Shown here: in pieces, positions 12,422 to 21,695 of the stretch
How positions within the stretch are numbered: the first letter of the stretch is position 1
Layout of the letters: every line of letters starts with the position of its first letter
Assembly: GCA_017546805.1 (NCBI GenBank)
Contig: JAFYRT010000028.1
Span: 742-64,741 of the forward strand
Direction of reading: 5' to 3'
Length of the DNA stretch: 64,000 bases
Origin: Muribaculaceae bacterium
GTDB lineage: Bacteria; Bacteroidota; Bacteroidia; Bacteroidales; G3-4614
The notes under the pieces: generated by a model
What the model was told of the DNA's origin: nothing
The model's input: only the letters and a program-made list of their open reading frames with translations
Database searches by the model: none
Made by a program: the position numbers and the translations under genes

Positions 12422-13474
12422 ATGAAAAAGAATCTCATATTGTTAATCTTAATAATATTTTCATTATCAATAGTTAGAGCTCAACAACCTCGAGGCATTG
12501 ACTTGGGAGAATATGCCTTTGGAATACCTGCTGAGCAACTAAATTTCAATAATAAATCTCCATTTACTCTATCTTTTTGGTTAAACATAAAAGAGTTTGC
12601 ACATAAGGATCAAGGGACCCTTCTTTTAAGTATTAGAAATCCTGAAGATCTTTACCCTTTAAATGATTGGGGTTGGATGTGGACATGTATTATTAACGAT
12701 AATAGTCTTGAGTCTGCCATTAGAGCTGGTGGTAGTTTTCAAAGTTCAAAAGAGCTAACGACTGCTAAATTAGAAATATTAGAATGGGTACATTTAAGTT
12801 TTGTCTTTGATTATGAATCATACAGGAAACTTACTTTATATGTAAATGGAGTTTCTGTACATGAAATAAATCTTTCTATATATTCGTATGATTGGAAAAA
12901 GGCTAATATTATTGCAATTGGTGGACCTTCTGTATTTCGTGCTCCATTAAATGCATCAATTGATAAAGTACAATTCTATAATAAGACATTGTCTCAAGCA
13001 GAGGTTAAAGGGTGCATGACCTCTCCATTACTAAACGATGAATCACTACTTGGTTATTGGGATTTTGAAGATGATTGTGTGACTGATGCCGATGGTTTTA
13101 TGCAAGCAGATAAAGGAACAATTAAAGCCATAATGTATAAAATCTTAAGCAATAGTTCAGGATATTCAACAGGCACAGAAATTCAACCATTTGTGTTTGG
13201 GGAGGGCGTAGACCCTGAATCAGTTGTACAGGGAGTTGAGGAGAACAATATTACAGAAAGCAAAACCAAAGCATTTGTGTCAAACGAAATATTGAACATC
13301 GAAAATGCAGAGGGTATAAACTCTGTAGTAGTTTATGATGCAACAGGCAAAGTAATAACCACGGTTAATGCTAATGCGGCAACTTCCACTCAAATTGCAT
13401 TGCCTTCAACAATCAAAGGAGTGTTGGTTATTAAGGTAAACAATGATGTTATAAAGGTTGTTTCAAACAATTGA
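12422..13474 (+). CDS. Secreted LamG/concanavalin-like domain protein with T9SS C-terminal sorting domain (solitary member of the 34-40 kb family)
   Basis: 350 aa with a signal peptide ending VRAQQ. LamG_3-like LTLYVNG...IIAIGG...PLNASIDKVQFYNKTLSQAEV. C-terminal VVVYDATGKVITTVNANAATSTQIALPSTIKGVLVIKVNNDVIKV fits the Por secretion tail pattern. The C-terminal half is highly similar to the ORFs at 34027, 35242 and 38979. Confidence 0.65.
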   Translation: MKKNLILLILIIFSLSIVRAQQPRGIDLGEYAFGIPAEQLNFNNKSPFTLSFWLNIKEFAHKDQGTLLLSIRNPEDLYPLNDWGWMWTCIINDNSLESAIRAGGSFQSSKELTTAKLEILEWVHLSFVFDYESYRKLTLYVNGVSVHEINLSIYSYDWKKANIIAIGGPSVFRAPLNASIDKVQFYNKTLSQAEVKGCMTSPLLNDESLLGYWDFEDDCVTDADGFMQADKGTIKAIMYKILSNSSGYSTGTEIQPFVFGEGVDPESVVQGVEENNITESKTKAFVSNEILNIENAEGINSVVVYDATGKVITTVNANAATSTQIALPSTIKGVLVIKVNNDVIKVVSNN

Positions 13475-13550
13475 TATAATTGTTTTTGGATTTATATAAA
13501 AAATAGATTAATTTTTAAACCGCTTATTAACGTAATATGAGTAGATTGTT

Positions 13551-13558
13551 GTAATTTT
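13551..13558 (+). promoter_or_regulatory. Bacteroidota -7 box (TAnnTTTG), candidate proS promoter
   Basis: taattttg. The predicted TSS falls a few nt before the long inverted repeat starting at 13574. Confidence 0.35.
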
Positions 13559-13573
13559 GCACTTTGTAATTTT

Positions 13574-13761
13574 AGAAGCTCTTTAAATTTTATTGTAAAA
13601 ATTTTTACATAACGAATTAGTTTCGGTTTCTTTTAGTCTGTTTTCGCCATCTTTTCTTTCTTATCTTTTGAAAATAGCCCGCTATTCCCAGCAAGATGCG
13701 AAAGAAAATCTAATCAAAAACAGCTCTAAAATAAATGCGAAATAAAATTTAAACAACTTCT
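13574..13761 (+). promoter_or_regulatory. ~188-nt imperfect rod-like inverted repeat in the proS upstream region (structured leader, sRNA or MITE-like element)
   Basis: agaagctctttaaattttatt (13574-13594) pairs with aataaaatttaaacaacttct (13741-13761) at 19 of 21 positions. Inner segments: ttttagtctgtttt (13631-13644) with aaaacagctctaaaa (13717-13731), and ttttctttc (13652-13660) with gaaagaaaa (13700-13708). Confidence 0.4.
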
Positions 13762-13789
13762 TATAGAATAGAAAATTCACAATATAATT

Positions 13790-15265
13790 ATGGCAGAATT
13801 AAAAAATCTAACAAAAAGAGGCGAGAACTATTCGCAATGGTACAACGAACTTGTTGTTAAAGCCGACTTGGCTGAGCAATCGGCAGTTCGTGGTTGTATG
13901 GTTATTAAACCTTACGGATACGCAATTTGGGAGAAAATGCAACGTCAATTGGACGATATGTTTAAAGAGACAGGACACGTAAACGCATACTTCCCATTGT
14001 TGATTCCAAAATCTTTCTTGAGCAAAGAGGCTGAACACGTTGAGGGATTTGCTAAAGAGTGTGCTGTTGTAACTCACTATCGCTTGAAAAACTCAGAGTT
14101 TGGAGGTGTAACTGTTGACCCTGCTGCTAGATTGGAGGAGGAGTTGATTATTCGTCCAACATCGGAGACTATTATTTGGAATACATATAAAAACTGGATA
14201 CAATCTTACCGCGACCTTCCAATCCTTTGCAACCAATGGGCTAATGTAATGCGTTGGGAGATGCGTACTCGTTTGTTCCTTCGTACTGCAGAGTTCTTGT
14301 GGCAAGAGGGACATACTGCTCACGCAACTAAAGAGGAGGCTGAGGCAGAAGCAGTAAAAATGTTGAATGTATATTCTACATTTGCCGAGAAATATATGGC
14401 TATGCCTGTTATAAAAGGTGTAAAATCAGAGAGCGAGAAGTTTGCAGGTGCAGTAAACACTTACACAATTGAGGCATTGATGCAAGATGGTAAAGCTTTG
14501 CAATCGGGAACATCACACTTCCTTGGACAAAACTTTGCTAAAGCATTTGATGTTCAGTTCTTGGATAAAGAGAATAAATTGTCATACGTATGGGCAACAT
14601 CTTGGGGAGTTTCAACTCGTTTGATGGGTGCTTTGATTATGTCTCACTCTGACGACAATGGTCTTGTACTTCCTCCTGCATTGGCTCCAATTCAAGTTGT
14701 AATTGTTCCTATCTATCGTGGAGAGGAGCAACTTGCTCAAATCGATGAGAAAGTTGCAGGTATTGTTTCTGCTCTTAAAGCAAAAGGAATTTCTGTTAAA
14801 TACGATAACGCAGATAACAAACGTCCAGGATTTAAATTTGCTGACTATGAGTTGAAAGGTGTACCTGTTCGCTTGGTAATGGGTGGAAGAGACCTTGAAA
14901 ACAACACAATTGAGGTTATGCGTCGCGATACTCTTGAAAAAGAGACTCGTACATGCGACGGAATTGTTGAGTACGTTGAGCAACTACTTGCAGACATCCA
15001 AAACAACATCTTCGAGAAAGCTCGTAAATTCCGCGATGAGAGCATCCGTGAGGTTGATACATACGAGGAGTTCAAAAAGGAGATTGAAAAAGGTGGATTT
15101 ATATATGCTCACTGGGATGGAACAGCAGAGACTGAGGAGTTGATTAAAGAGGAGACAAAAGCTACTATCCGTTGTATTCCTGAGGATATGGATGCTACTC
15201 CCGGTGTATGTATGGTAACAGGAAAACCATCGGCACGCAGAGTATTGTTTGCTCGCTCTTACTAA
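13790..15265 (+). CDS. proS: Proline--tRNA ligase (archaeal/eukaryote-like type common in Bacteroidota)
   Basis: 491 aa. Motifs [28 protein letters not shown] and [13 protein letters not shown] are class II ProRS motifs. Confidence 0.95.
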   Translation: MAELKNLTKRGENYSQWYNELVVKADLAEQSAVRGCMVIKPYGYAIWEKMQRQLDDMFKETGHVNAYFPLLIPKSFLSKEAEHVEGFAKECAVVTHYRLKNSEFGGVTVDPAARLEEELIIRPTSETIIWNTYKNWIQSYRDLPILCNQWANVMRWEMRTRLFLRTAEFLWQEGHTAHATKEEAEAEAVKMLNVYSTFAEKYMAMPVIKGVKSESEKFAGAVNTYTIEALMQDGKALQSGTSHFLGQNFAKAFDVQFLDKENKLSYVWATSWGVSTRLMGALIMSHSDDNGLVLPPALAPIQVVIVPIYRGEEQLAQIDEKVAGIVSALKAKGISVKYDNADNKRPGFKFADYELKGVPVRLVMGGRDLENNTIEVMRRDTLEKETRTCDGIVEYVEQLLADIQNNIFEKARKFRDESIREVDTYEEFKKEIEKGGFIYAHWDGTAETEELIKEETKATIRCIPEDMDATPGVCMVTGKPSARRVLFARSY

Positions 15266-15297
15266 TAGCACAAATTTGTTTGTTATATAATTCAGGT

Positions 15298-15331
15298 AAA
15301 GGAGGTTGTATATGACCTCCTTTGTCTTTTT
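15298..15331 (+). terminator. Rho-independent terminator after proS
   Basis: aaaggaggt / acctccttt is a perfect 9-bp stem with an 8-nt loop, followed by gtcttttt. Confidence 0.7.
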
Positions 15332-15460
15332 ATATGTTTTTAAACATATTCTATTGTAAATATCAGATTATCAGCAATGTATCATTATTGTAGATGCTTC
15401 TTTCGTTCTCAATAAACAAATTTTATGATTGCAACTTGCTAATAATCAAAAGAAAATACT

Positions 15461-15468
15461 TATCTTTG
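15461..15468 (+). promoter_or_regulatory. Bacteroidota -7 box (TAnnTTTG)
   Basis: tatctttg, 56 nt upstream of the ATG at 15524. Confidence 0.4.
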
Positions 15469-15523
15469 ATGCGACTTTGGGAAATTATCTCCCTATAAAT
15501 CACATAAAAACATTGAGGTAAAC

Positions 15524-16411
15524 ATGATTAAAAGTGTTAAAATAGCGGTACTTATTCTTTTGTTTGCAGTGATGCAATCGGGTTTGGCGTATGCTCAACC
15601 TACTCGCATTAATGCACAACAATACCATGCTATGACACAACAAAACATGATTGCCTATAACAAAATCCTTCCCAAAATAATGAACGTTGTTGATTCAACT
15701 TTGATATTGAATCAATATGTGATGGAAGAGAACGATTTTGATGCGATGTTGGAAGATGGATGGGATGAACAGTGGCTTGAGACTTTCTCAACCAAGAATA
15801 CAAAAGATACTTTGGCGATTGATGTAAAAGATCACTGTATTCCTGTTCCCGGACATGTAACTTCTGCTTACGGATGGCGTTGGGGACGTATGCACAAAGG
15901 TATTGACCTTAAGCTATATACAGGAGATTCTGTTCGTGCGGCTTTTACCGGAAAAATCAGCGCAACTGCATATCAGGCTAAAGGATATGGTTATTATGTG
16001 AAGATACGCCATACCAATGGTTTTGAAACTGTATACGGCCACTTGTCAAAGATTCTTGTTAAACCCAACCAAGTTGTTAAGGCAGGAGATGTTATTGCAT
16101 TGGGCGGAAACACAGGTCGTTCAACAGGTCCTCACTTGCACTTCGAGACCAAAATAATGGGTATGACCATAAACCCTGCCGAGATATTCGACTTTAAAAA
16201 TCAGGTAGCACACACCGACACATATATGTTCTATAAAAAGAAACAACAAAACAGTGCGGTTAACAGCTACGCAACTCACCGTATAAAATCAGGAGAGACT
16301 CTATCTTCAATTGCTAAAAAGTATAGAACATCGGTCACTCAATTGTGTCGTTTGAATGGAATAAAATCAAACAAGGTGTTAAAAGTGGGTAGCGTTTTAA
16401 GAGTTAGATAG
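15524..16411 (+). CDS. M23 family metallopeptidase with C-terminal LysM domain
   Basis: 295 aa with a signal peptide. M23 motifs HKGIDL and GPHLHFE. LysM-like YATHRIKSGETLSSIAKKYRTSVTQLCRLNGI. Confidence 0.85.
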   Translation: MIKSVKIAVLILLFAVMQSGLAYAQPTRINAQQYHAMTQQNMIAYNKILPKIMNVVDSTLILNQYVMEENDFDAMLEDGWDEQWLETFSTKNTKDTLAIDVKDHCIPVPGHVTSAYGWRWGRMHKGIDLKLYTGDSVRAAFTGKISATAYQAKGYGYYVKIRHTNGFETVYGHLSKILVKPNQVVKAGDVIALGGNTGRSTGPHLHFETKIMGMTINPAEIFDFKNQVAHTDTYMFYKKKQQNSAVNSYATHRIKSGETLSSIAKKYRTSVTQLCRLNGIKSNKVLKVGSVLRVR

Positions 16412-16438
16412 GTTATTTGTAAAAATAGAGCCAAAGAA

Positions 16439-16468
16439 GAAGAGATTAGAAATAATCTCTTTTTTTTA
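16439..16468 (+). terminator. Rho-independent terminator after the M23 peptidase gene
   Basis: agagatta / taatctct stem with loop gaaa, followed by TTTTTTTT. Confidence 0.7.
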
Positions 16469-16502
16469 TCTTTAAAAAATTGAGATTTTATATAAAAGTA
16501 TC

Positions 16503-16510
16503 TATCTTTG
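16503..16510 (+). promoter_or_regulatory. Bacteroidota -7 box (TAnnTTTG)
   Basis: tatctttg, 34 nt upstream of the phoH ATG. Confidence 0.4.
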
Positions 16511-16543
16511 TTTTGTAAAATCCGACAATCTCAATAGCGTATA

Positions 16544-17506
16544 ATGATAGAGAAAAATATAATAATCGAAGATGTTGATCTCGTGGTGTTCTATGGGACA
16601 AATAACGATAATTTGCACTTTATAAAAACACTCTATCCTAAACTTCATATCATAGCCAGAGGTAACGTTATGAAGGTAATAGGAGAGGAGAAGGATATTG
16701 TGCAGTTTGAAAAGAGTATATCTTTGATAATAAAGTATTGTTCGGAGTATAATCGTCTTGATGGAACAATAATTGGAGCCATAGTTAATGGAGGTACTCC
16801 TCTTGAAATAAAACAAGAGCATTTGATAATACATGGTATCAACGGCAAACAGATTGTTGGTCGTACCGAAAATCAACAAAAGCTCGTAAAGAGTTTTGAA
16901 AAAAACGATTTGGTTTTTGCTCTTGGTCCTGCAGGAACAGGTAAAACATATGTTGCAATAGCACTTGCCGTAAGAGCATTGAAGAATAAGGAAGTAAGGA
17001 AGATTATATTGAGTCGTCCGGCTGTTGAGGCAGGCGAGAAACTTGGATTCTTACCAGGAGATATGAAAGAGAAAATCGATCCCTATCTTCAACCGCTTTA
17101 TGACGCTTTGCAGGATATGATTCCTGCCGTAAAACTTCGCGAGATGATGGAGAACAACACAATCCAGATTGCGCCTTTGGCATTTATGCGTGGTAGAACC
17201 CTGAATGATGCTGTTGTGATATTGGATGAAGCTCAAAACACCACAGTGCCCCAAATAAAGATGTTTTTAACTCGTTTAGGCAGTAATGCCAAGATGATAA
17301 TTACAGGAGATATGAGTCAGATTGACCTACCTCAGAGTCAAACATCAGGATTGGTTCAAGCAATAGATATTTTGCGCGATATAAAGGGTATAGGGCTGGT
17401 ACGTTTCGACAAGAGTGATATAGTTCGTCACCGTTTGGTACAAGCAATTGTTGAGGCGTATGAGGCATATGATAAAAAGCAAAGAGACAAGAGAATAAAA
17501 AAATAG
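16544..17506 (+). CDS. phoH: PhoH family ATPase
   Basis: 320 aa. Walker [17 protein letters not shown] and GDMSQIDL. Confidence 0.9.
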   Translation: MIEKNIIIEDVDLVVFYGTNNDNLHFIKTLYPKLHIIARGNVMKVIGEEKDIVQFEKSISLIIKYCSEYNRLDGTIIGAIVNGGTPLEIKQEHLIIHGINGKQIVGRTENQQKLVKSFEKNDLVFALGPAGTGKTYVAIALAVRALKNKEVRKIILSRPAVEAGEKLGFLPGDMKEKIDPYLQPLYDALQDMIPAVKLREMMENNTIQIAPLAFMRGRTLNDAVVILDEAQNTTVPQIKMFLTRLGSNAKMIITGDMSQIDLPQSQTSGLVQAIDILRDIKGIGLVRFDKSDIVRHRLVQAIVEAYEAYDKKQRDKRIKK

Positions 17507-17537
17507 AAAGATAATTGATAAAAAACATATAAAAACA

Positions 17538-18488
17538 ATGGAAAAAGCTTTGGTAAGAACCGATTTTGAGTTCGAAGGACAAAAGAGTGTGTATCACGGA
17601 AAAGTTCGTGATGTTTATAACATCAACGATGAGTTGTTGATTATGGTCGCTACCGACCGTATATCTGCATTTGATGTAATTCTACCCAAAGGAATTCCTT
17701 TTAAAGGAGAGGTATTGAATAAGATTGCAGCAAAATTTTTGGATGCAACATCAGATATAGTTCCCAACTGGAAACTTGCTACTCCCGACCCAATGGTTAC
17801 AGTAGGTTTACAATGCGAAGGATTCAGAGTAGAGATGATTATCCGTGGCTATTTGACAGGAAGTGCTTGGAGAGAGTATGCTGCAGGATGTCGTGAGATT
17901 TGCGGTGTAAAACTTCCTGAAGGAATGAGAGAGAATGAGAAATTCCCAACTCCGATAATCACTCCAACTACAAAAGCTGATGAGGGACACGATGAGAATA
18001 TCTCAAAAGAGGAGATTATTGCTCAAGGTATCGTAAGCAAAGAGGATTACGAGTTGATGGAGAAATACACCTATGCTCTATTTGAGAGAGGAACTCAAAT
18101 GGCACAAGAGAAAGGTCTTATTCTTGTTGACACAAAATATGAATTTGGTAAACGCGACGGTAAAGTATATCTAATCGACGAGATTCATACTCCCGATTCA
18201 TCTCGTTACTTCTATGCCGAAGGATATGAGGAGCGTTTCGAAAAAGGTGAGCCTCAAAAACAGTTGTCAAAAGAGTTTGTTCGTCAATGGTTGATTGAAA
18301 ACGGATTTATGGGTAAAGAGGGACAAACAGTACCCGAAATGACAGAGGAGTATGTAAACAGCGTATCTGACCGTTATATCGAGCTTTATGAGCATATCGT
18401 AGGCGAGAAGTTCTCTCGTTCAGAGTGTGACGATATTAATGCCCGTATCGAGAAAAACATCTCGGAATACTTGAAAGAGCGTAAATAA
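17538..18488 (+). CDS. purC: Phosphoribosylaminoimidazole-succinocarboxamide (SAICAR) synthase
   Basis: 316 aa. Motifs [18 protein letters not shown] and LVDTKYEFG. Confidence 0.93.
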   Translation: MEKALVRTDFEFEGQKSVYHGKVRDVYNINDELLIMVATDRISAFDVILPKGIPFKGEVLNKIAAKFLDATSDIVPNWKLATPDPMVTVGLQCEGFRVEMIIRGYLTGSAWREYAAGCREICGVKLPEGMRENEKFPTPIITPTTKADEGHDENISKEEIIAQGIVSKEDYELMEKYTYALFERGTQMAQEKGLILVDTKYEFGKRDGKVYLIDEIHTPDSSRYFYAEGYEERFEKGEPQKQLSKEFVRQWLIENGFMGKEGQTVPEMTEEYVNSVSDRYIELYEHIVGEKFSRSECDDINARIEKNISEYLKERK

Positions 18489-18501
18489 GATAATTAACAT
18501 C

Positions 18502-18531
18502 AAAGAGTGAGAGGCGTACCTCTCACTCTTT
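18502..18531. terminator. Perfect 13-bp stem-loop after purC
   Basis: aaagagtgagagg cgta cctctcactcttt. There is no long T run beyond the stem. Confidence 0.5.
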
Positions 18532-18557
18532 AAATATATAAAAACAGATATTGAGTT

Positions 18558-19304
18558 ATGTCGCAGAAGAGTGTTGAAAAGCTAACCCCATATAACAGCG
18601 GAGAGAACAAGGGTAAGCAGATAGCAAAGATGTTTAATGCCATAGCATTTCGTTATGACATAATGAACCGTCTTATCTCCCTTGGACAGGATAAACGTTG
18701 GCGACGTAAAGCAATATCCGTACTTAAACCCAATTCTCCCAAAACAATCCTCGATATTGCGACGGGGACGGGGGATATGGCAATAAAGATACACTCTATG
18801 CTTGCTCCTTGTCAAGTGACAGGTTGCGACATATCAGAGGGAATGATGGAGGTTGCTCGTAAAAAAGTGGCAAATATGGGATTGTCTCAGGAGATTGCCT
18901 TTACAGCAGGCGATTGTATATCGCTACCTTTTTCCGATAACAGTTTCAATGCCGTAACAATATCGTTCGGTATTCGCAATGTCGAGGATATAGAGCGCGG
19001 TTTGTCAGAAATAAACAGAGTGTTAACTCCCGGAGGTAAATTGGTAATTTTGGAGCTTTCTGTGCCCGAGAACAGGTTTTATAAGTTTTTCTATACCATA
19101 TATACAAAACTTGTTATTCCTACGTTAGGAAAGCTTATAACAGGTGAGAGAAGTGCATATGACTACTTACGCAAGTCAATAGCCGTGGTGCCACAGGGAA
19201 AAGCCATGCTTGACCTTATGGCAAATGTCGGAATGACCGATTGCAGCTACACCTACATGACCTTTGGAGCTTGTGCCATATATTCGGCACAGAAAGTAAA
19301 ATAG
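18558..19304 (+). CDS. menG: Demethylmenaquinone methyltransferase (UbiE/MenG family)
   Basis: 248 aa. SAM-binding LDIATGTGD, plus ISFGIRNV and LVILELS. Confidence 0.88.
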   Translation: MSQKSVEKLTPYNSGENKGKQIAKMFNAIAFRYDIMNRLISLGQDKRWRRKAISVLKPNSPKTILDIATGTGDMAIKIHSMLAPCQVTGCDISEGMMEVARKKVANMGLSQEIAFTAGDCISLPFSDNSFNAVTISFGIRNVEDIERGLSEINRVLTPGGKLVILELSVPENRFYKFFYTIYTKLVIPTLGKLITGERSAYDYLRKSIAVVPQGKAMLDLMANVGMTDCSYTYMTFGACAIYSAQKVK

Positions 19305-19327
19305 CATGCAATAACAGCATCATAAGT

Positions 19328-19368
19328 ACAACAAAAGGGAAAGAGTGACTCTCTTTCCCTTTTGTTGT
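19328..19368. terminator. Bidirectional terminator between convergent menG and the flavin-reductase-like gene
   Basis: acaacaaaagggaaagag / ctctttcccttttgttgt is a perfect 18-bp stem with a 5-nt loop. Confidence 0.75.
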
Positions 19369-19388
19369 TTATCTGACAGAAGATATTG

Positions 19389-19889
19389 TTACTTTTCCCA
19401 AATATTCTCTATCTCGGCAACATACATATAGTGGAAATCGCCATCTTTATACCAAGCAGGGATGATACTCTTATCTATAAAACTCTCCTCGGTTAAAAGT
19501 GATTTATATAATTTCTTGCACTTCATTACCAATCTTGCCTCTTTAAAAGCGACGCAATCTTCTGTTGGAGAAAAAGGAGTTATGCCTGCCTCTTTGGCTT
19601 TGTCTACATCCTTCCCCGATTTTGTACCACACAGTGTAAGGGCTTTACGATACTCCTCTTTAAAGAAAGATAGAGTAAACGATTCTGCCTCCTCAATAAA
19701 ACCATAAGTGTAGCGTTGTGGGCGAATAAATATTGTAACAACAGGTTTCCCCCAAAGAAAACCCATGCTGCCCCAGCTTGCCGTCATGGTGTTAAAGTGG
19801 TCAATCTTACCTGCGGTAATTAAACACCAGTCTTTGCCTATAAGGTTTATAACATTCTCATTAAACTTATCAACTGTAATCTCTTGCAT
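19389..19889 (-). CDS. Flavin reductase-like (FMN-binding split-barrel) family protein
   Basis: ORF 19389..19931. I place the start at the internal Met (MQEITVDKF...), which removes the overlap with the upstream gene. NTMTASWGS is typical of the flavin reductase-like domain. Confidence 0.7.
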   Translation of the reverse strand: MQEITVDKFNENVINLIGKDWCLITAGKIDHFNTMTASWGSMGFLWGKPVVTIFIRPQRYTYGFIEEAESFTLSFFKEEYRKALTLCGTKSGKDVDKAKEAGITPFSPTEDCVAFKEARLVMKCKKLYKSLLTEESFIDKSIIPAWYKDGDFHYMYVAEIENIWEK

Positions 19890-19921
19890 AGTGTTGAATA
19901 TTAGTGATGAAAAAGGAGAAG

Positions 19922-21667
19922 TTAATCCCAAAGTTTCATTTGTGCAGGATCTTCGAAAGGAATATCTATAACATTTTTCTCCTCCTCGCTTCTTTGCTCT
20001 TTCTCTTTTTCTCGTTTGGCGCGTTCTCTGATTTCGGCTTCACTTTCAGGCTCCATAACAACCAACCAATCCTCTTCAATCACCTCAAACAATCCTTCAT
20101 CTTGCTTGGGCATTGCATTGCGTAAGCTCTCCACTTCGTTGGTTAATGCAACAACATTCATGCGAGCGATTTCAGCATCTTTACGAGCCTTTTCGCTTCT
20201 CTTTTCAGCCTCTTCAAGTTTTGCGGTCAGCTCTTCAATCTGTTTGGCTGCTCTCTTGTTTTCGGCAATCCTTTCGCGTTTTATCTGAATTTTTTCAATC
20301 TTATCGTTAGCCTCGGCAATAGCGTTGTCTCTGTTTTGAATTTCAATCTGAAGTTCGGTTATTTGAGCCTTTAATTCATCAATCTCGTTATTTGCATCAG
20401 TGGGTAGCTCTTTTAGGGAGAGAATCTCCTTGTCTTTCTCTTCGAGAGCTACTTCTGTCTCTTTGAGTTTTGTCTCCAATTCAGAATATTTACTGTCTGC
20501 AACTTCAAGTTTTTCTCTCAAATCCTCCATTTGGGCAGCTAAACCATCAGAGGGTTCGTTACTGTTTTTATTTGCCGCCTCCAATTTGGCATTAGCCAAG
20601 GCAAGATCAGCATTAAGTTGTTCAATGCGCTTGTTTAGTTCTCCTTCAGACTCCTCGTAAATCTTATTTTTATAATTTGCCAATTCCGATTGTAGTGCCT
20701 GATATTTTCTTGTTACATCAATCAATCGGGCGGTAAGAACCTCATCCCCACCTTCGGGAATAGCCTCTTTCTCCTCCAAAGAGCTTTGAAGACTTTCAAT
20801 GCGTGCTTGAAGAGTTTTTTCTCGCTCAACGGCTTGAATAACAAGTTCCTCTTTGAGGTGAAGAGCCGTTTCAAACGATTCTACAACCTCCTTTATGTGC
20901 TCTTCGTTGTCGTTCAAACGATGTTCCATTTCGCCGTTTTCAGTTTCAAGAGCAATGATTTTGTTTTTAAGAGATTCAATAAATTCGCTCTCGGTAAAAC
21001 CTTCGCTTTGCCCCATAAGATTGTTGTTAACCTCTAATTGTTTGTAGTGGTCAACCTCCAATTTAAGTTGCTCTACGTTCTCCTCAAGTTGACACTTCTC
21101 CTTGTTAAGTTGGCGAATGTTGTTATTTGATTCAATGCGGAAAGTCTCCGATTTTGTCAGCTCTTTCTCTTGTTTTGAGAATTTCTCCTCAAAGTCTCGA
21201 ACCTTGTCGCTTAAAGCTCTTTTTTGGCGTTCGGCACTTAAGTATCTGTTTTTGTAATCCTCCTCGCGTTGAAGGGCAAGTTTAAGCTTTTCTTCAAGCT
21301 CCCCAACAAGCTCAATGTTGTCATCTCCCTCAATGAAAAGAGGCTCTCCTCCTGCTTTTTCGGCCTTAAGCAGAAGATATTTGATATAATCACAGAAGGC
21401 AGGGCGTAAACTCTCCCTTATCTCAACTTTTTCAGCCTCTCTGTCTATTGTTTTTAGAATTACTTCGGGCAGAGGTTTGTTAACGATATCTGTTATCGCC
21501 TCCAGCAACGTATCGGGGATATCGCAATCGTTGAGGGCTCTATCAAAATCTTTATTCTCAAAATCAATATTTGCTTTCTTGTGTGCAACCTTTTCTGTAC
21601 TCTTGTTTTGAGCATCTTGCTCAGACGAGAATATTGAAAGCAGTGATTTTTTGAAGTTTAGTTTCAT
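19922..21667 (-). CDS. Large coiled-coil protein of unknown function
   Basis: 581 aa, very E/K/L/Q-rich with heptad-like stretches over most of its length. No signal peptide or TM segment. Acidic C-terminus. Starts 28 nt after the stop of the 995 aa gene. Confidence 0.8.
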   Translation of the reverse strand: MKLNFKKSLLSIFSSEQDAQNKSTEKVAHKKANIDFENKDFDRALNDCDIPDTLLEAITDIVNKPLPEVILKTIDREAEKVEIRESLRPAFCDYIKYLLLKAEKAGGEPLFIEGDDNIELVGELEEKLKLALQREEDYKNRYLSAERQKRALSDKVRDFEEKFSKQEKELTKSETFRIESNNNIRQLNKEKCQLEENVEQLKLEVDHYKQLEVNNNLMGQSEGFTESEFIESLKNKIIALETENGEMEHRLNDNEEHIKEVVESFETALHLKEELVIQAVEREKTLQARIESLQSSLEEKEAIPEGGDEVLTARLIDVTRKYQALQSELANYKNKIYEESEGELNKRIEQLNADLALANAKLEAANKNSNEPSDGLAAQMEDLREKLEVADSKYSELETKLKETEVALEEKDKEILSLKELPTDANNEIDELKAQITELQIEIQNRDNAIAEANDKIEKIQIKRERIAENKRAAKQIEELTAKLEEAEKRSEKARKDAEIARMNVVALTNEVESLRNAMPKQDEGLFEVIEEDWLVVMEPESEAEIRERAKREKEKEQRSEEEKNVIDIPFEDPAQMKLWD

Positions 21668-21695
21668 TCTTACTATTTAATTATCTGTTATTATA

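Noticed and set aside
13574-13761. 6S RNA (ssrS) because of the ~190-nt rod-like fold.
   Set aside because: I could not identify the characteristic central bubble or conserved 6S nucleotides, and there is no terminator before proS. AT-rich sequence inflates apparent pairing. I kept it only as an unclassified structured element.
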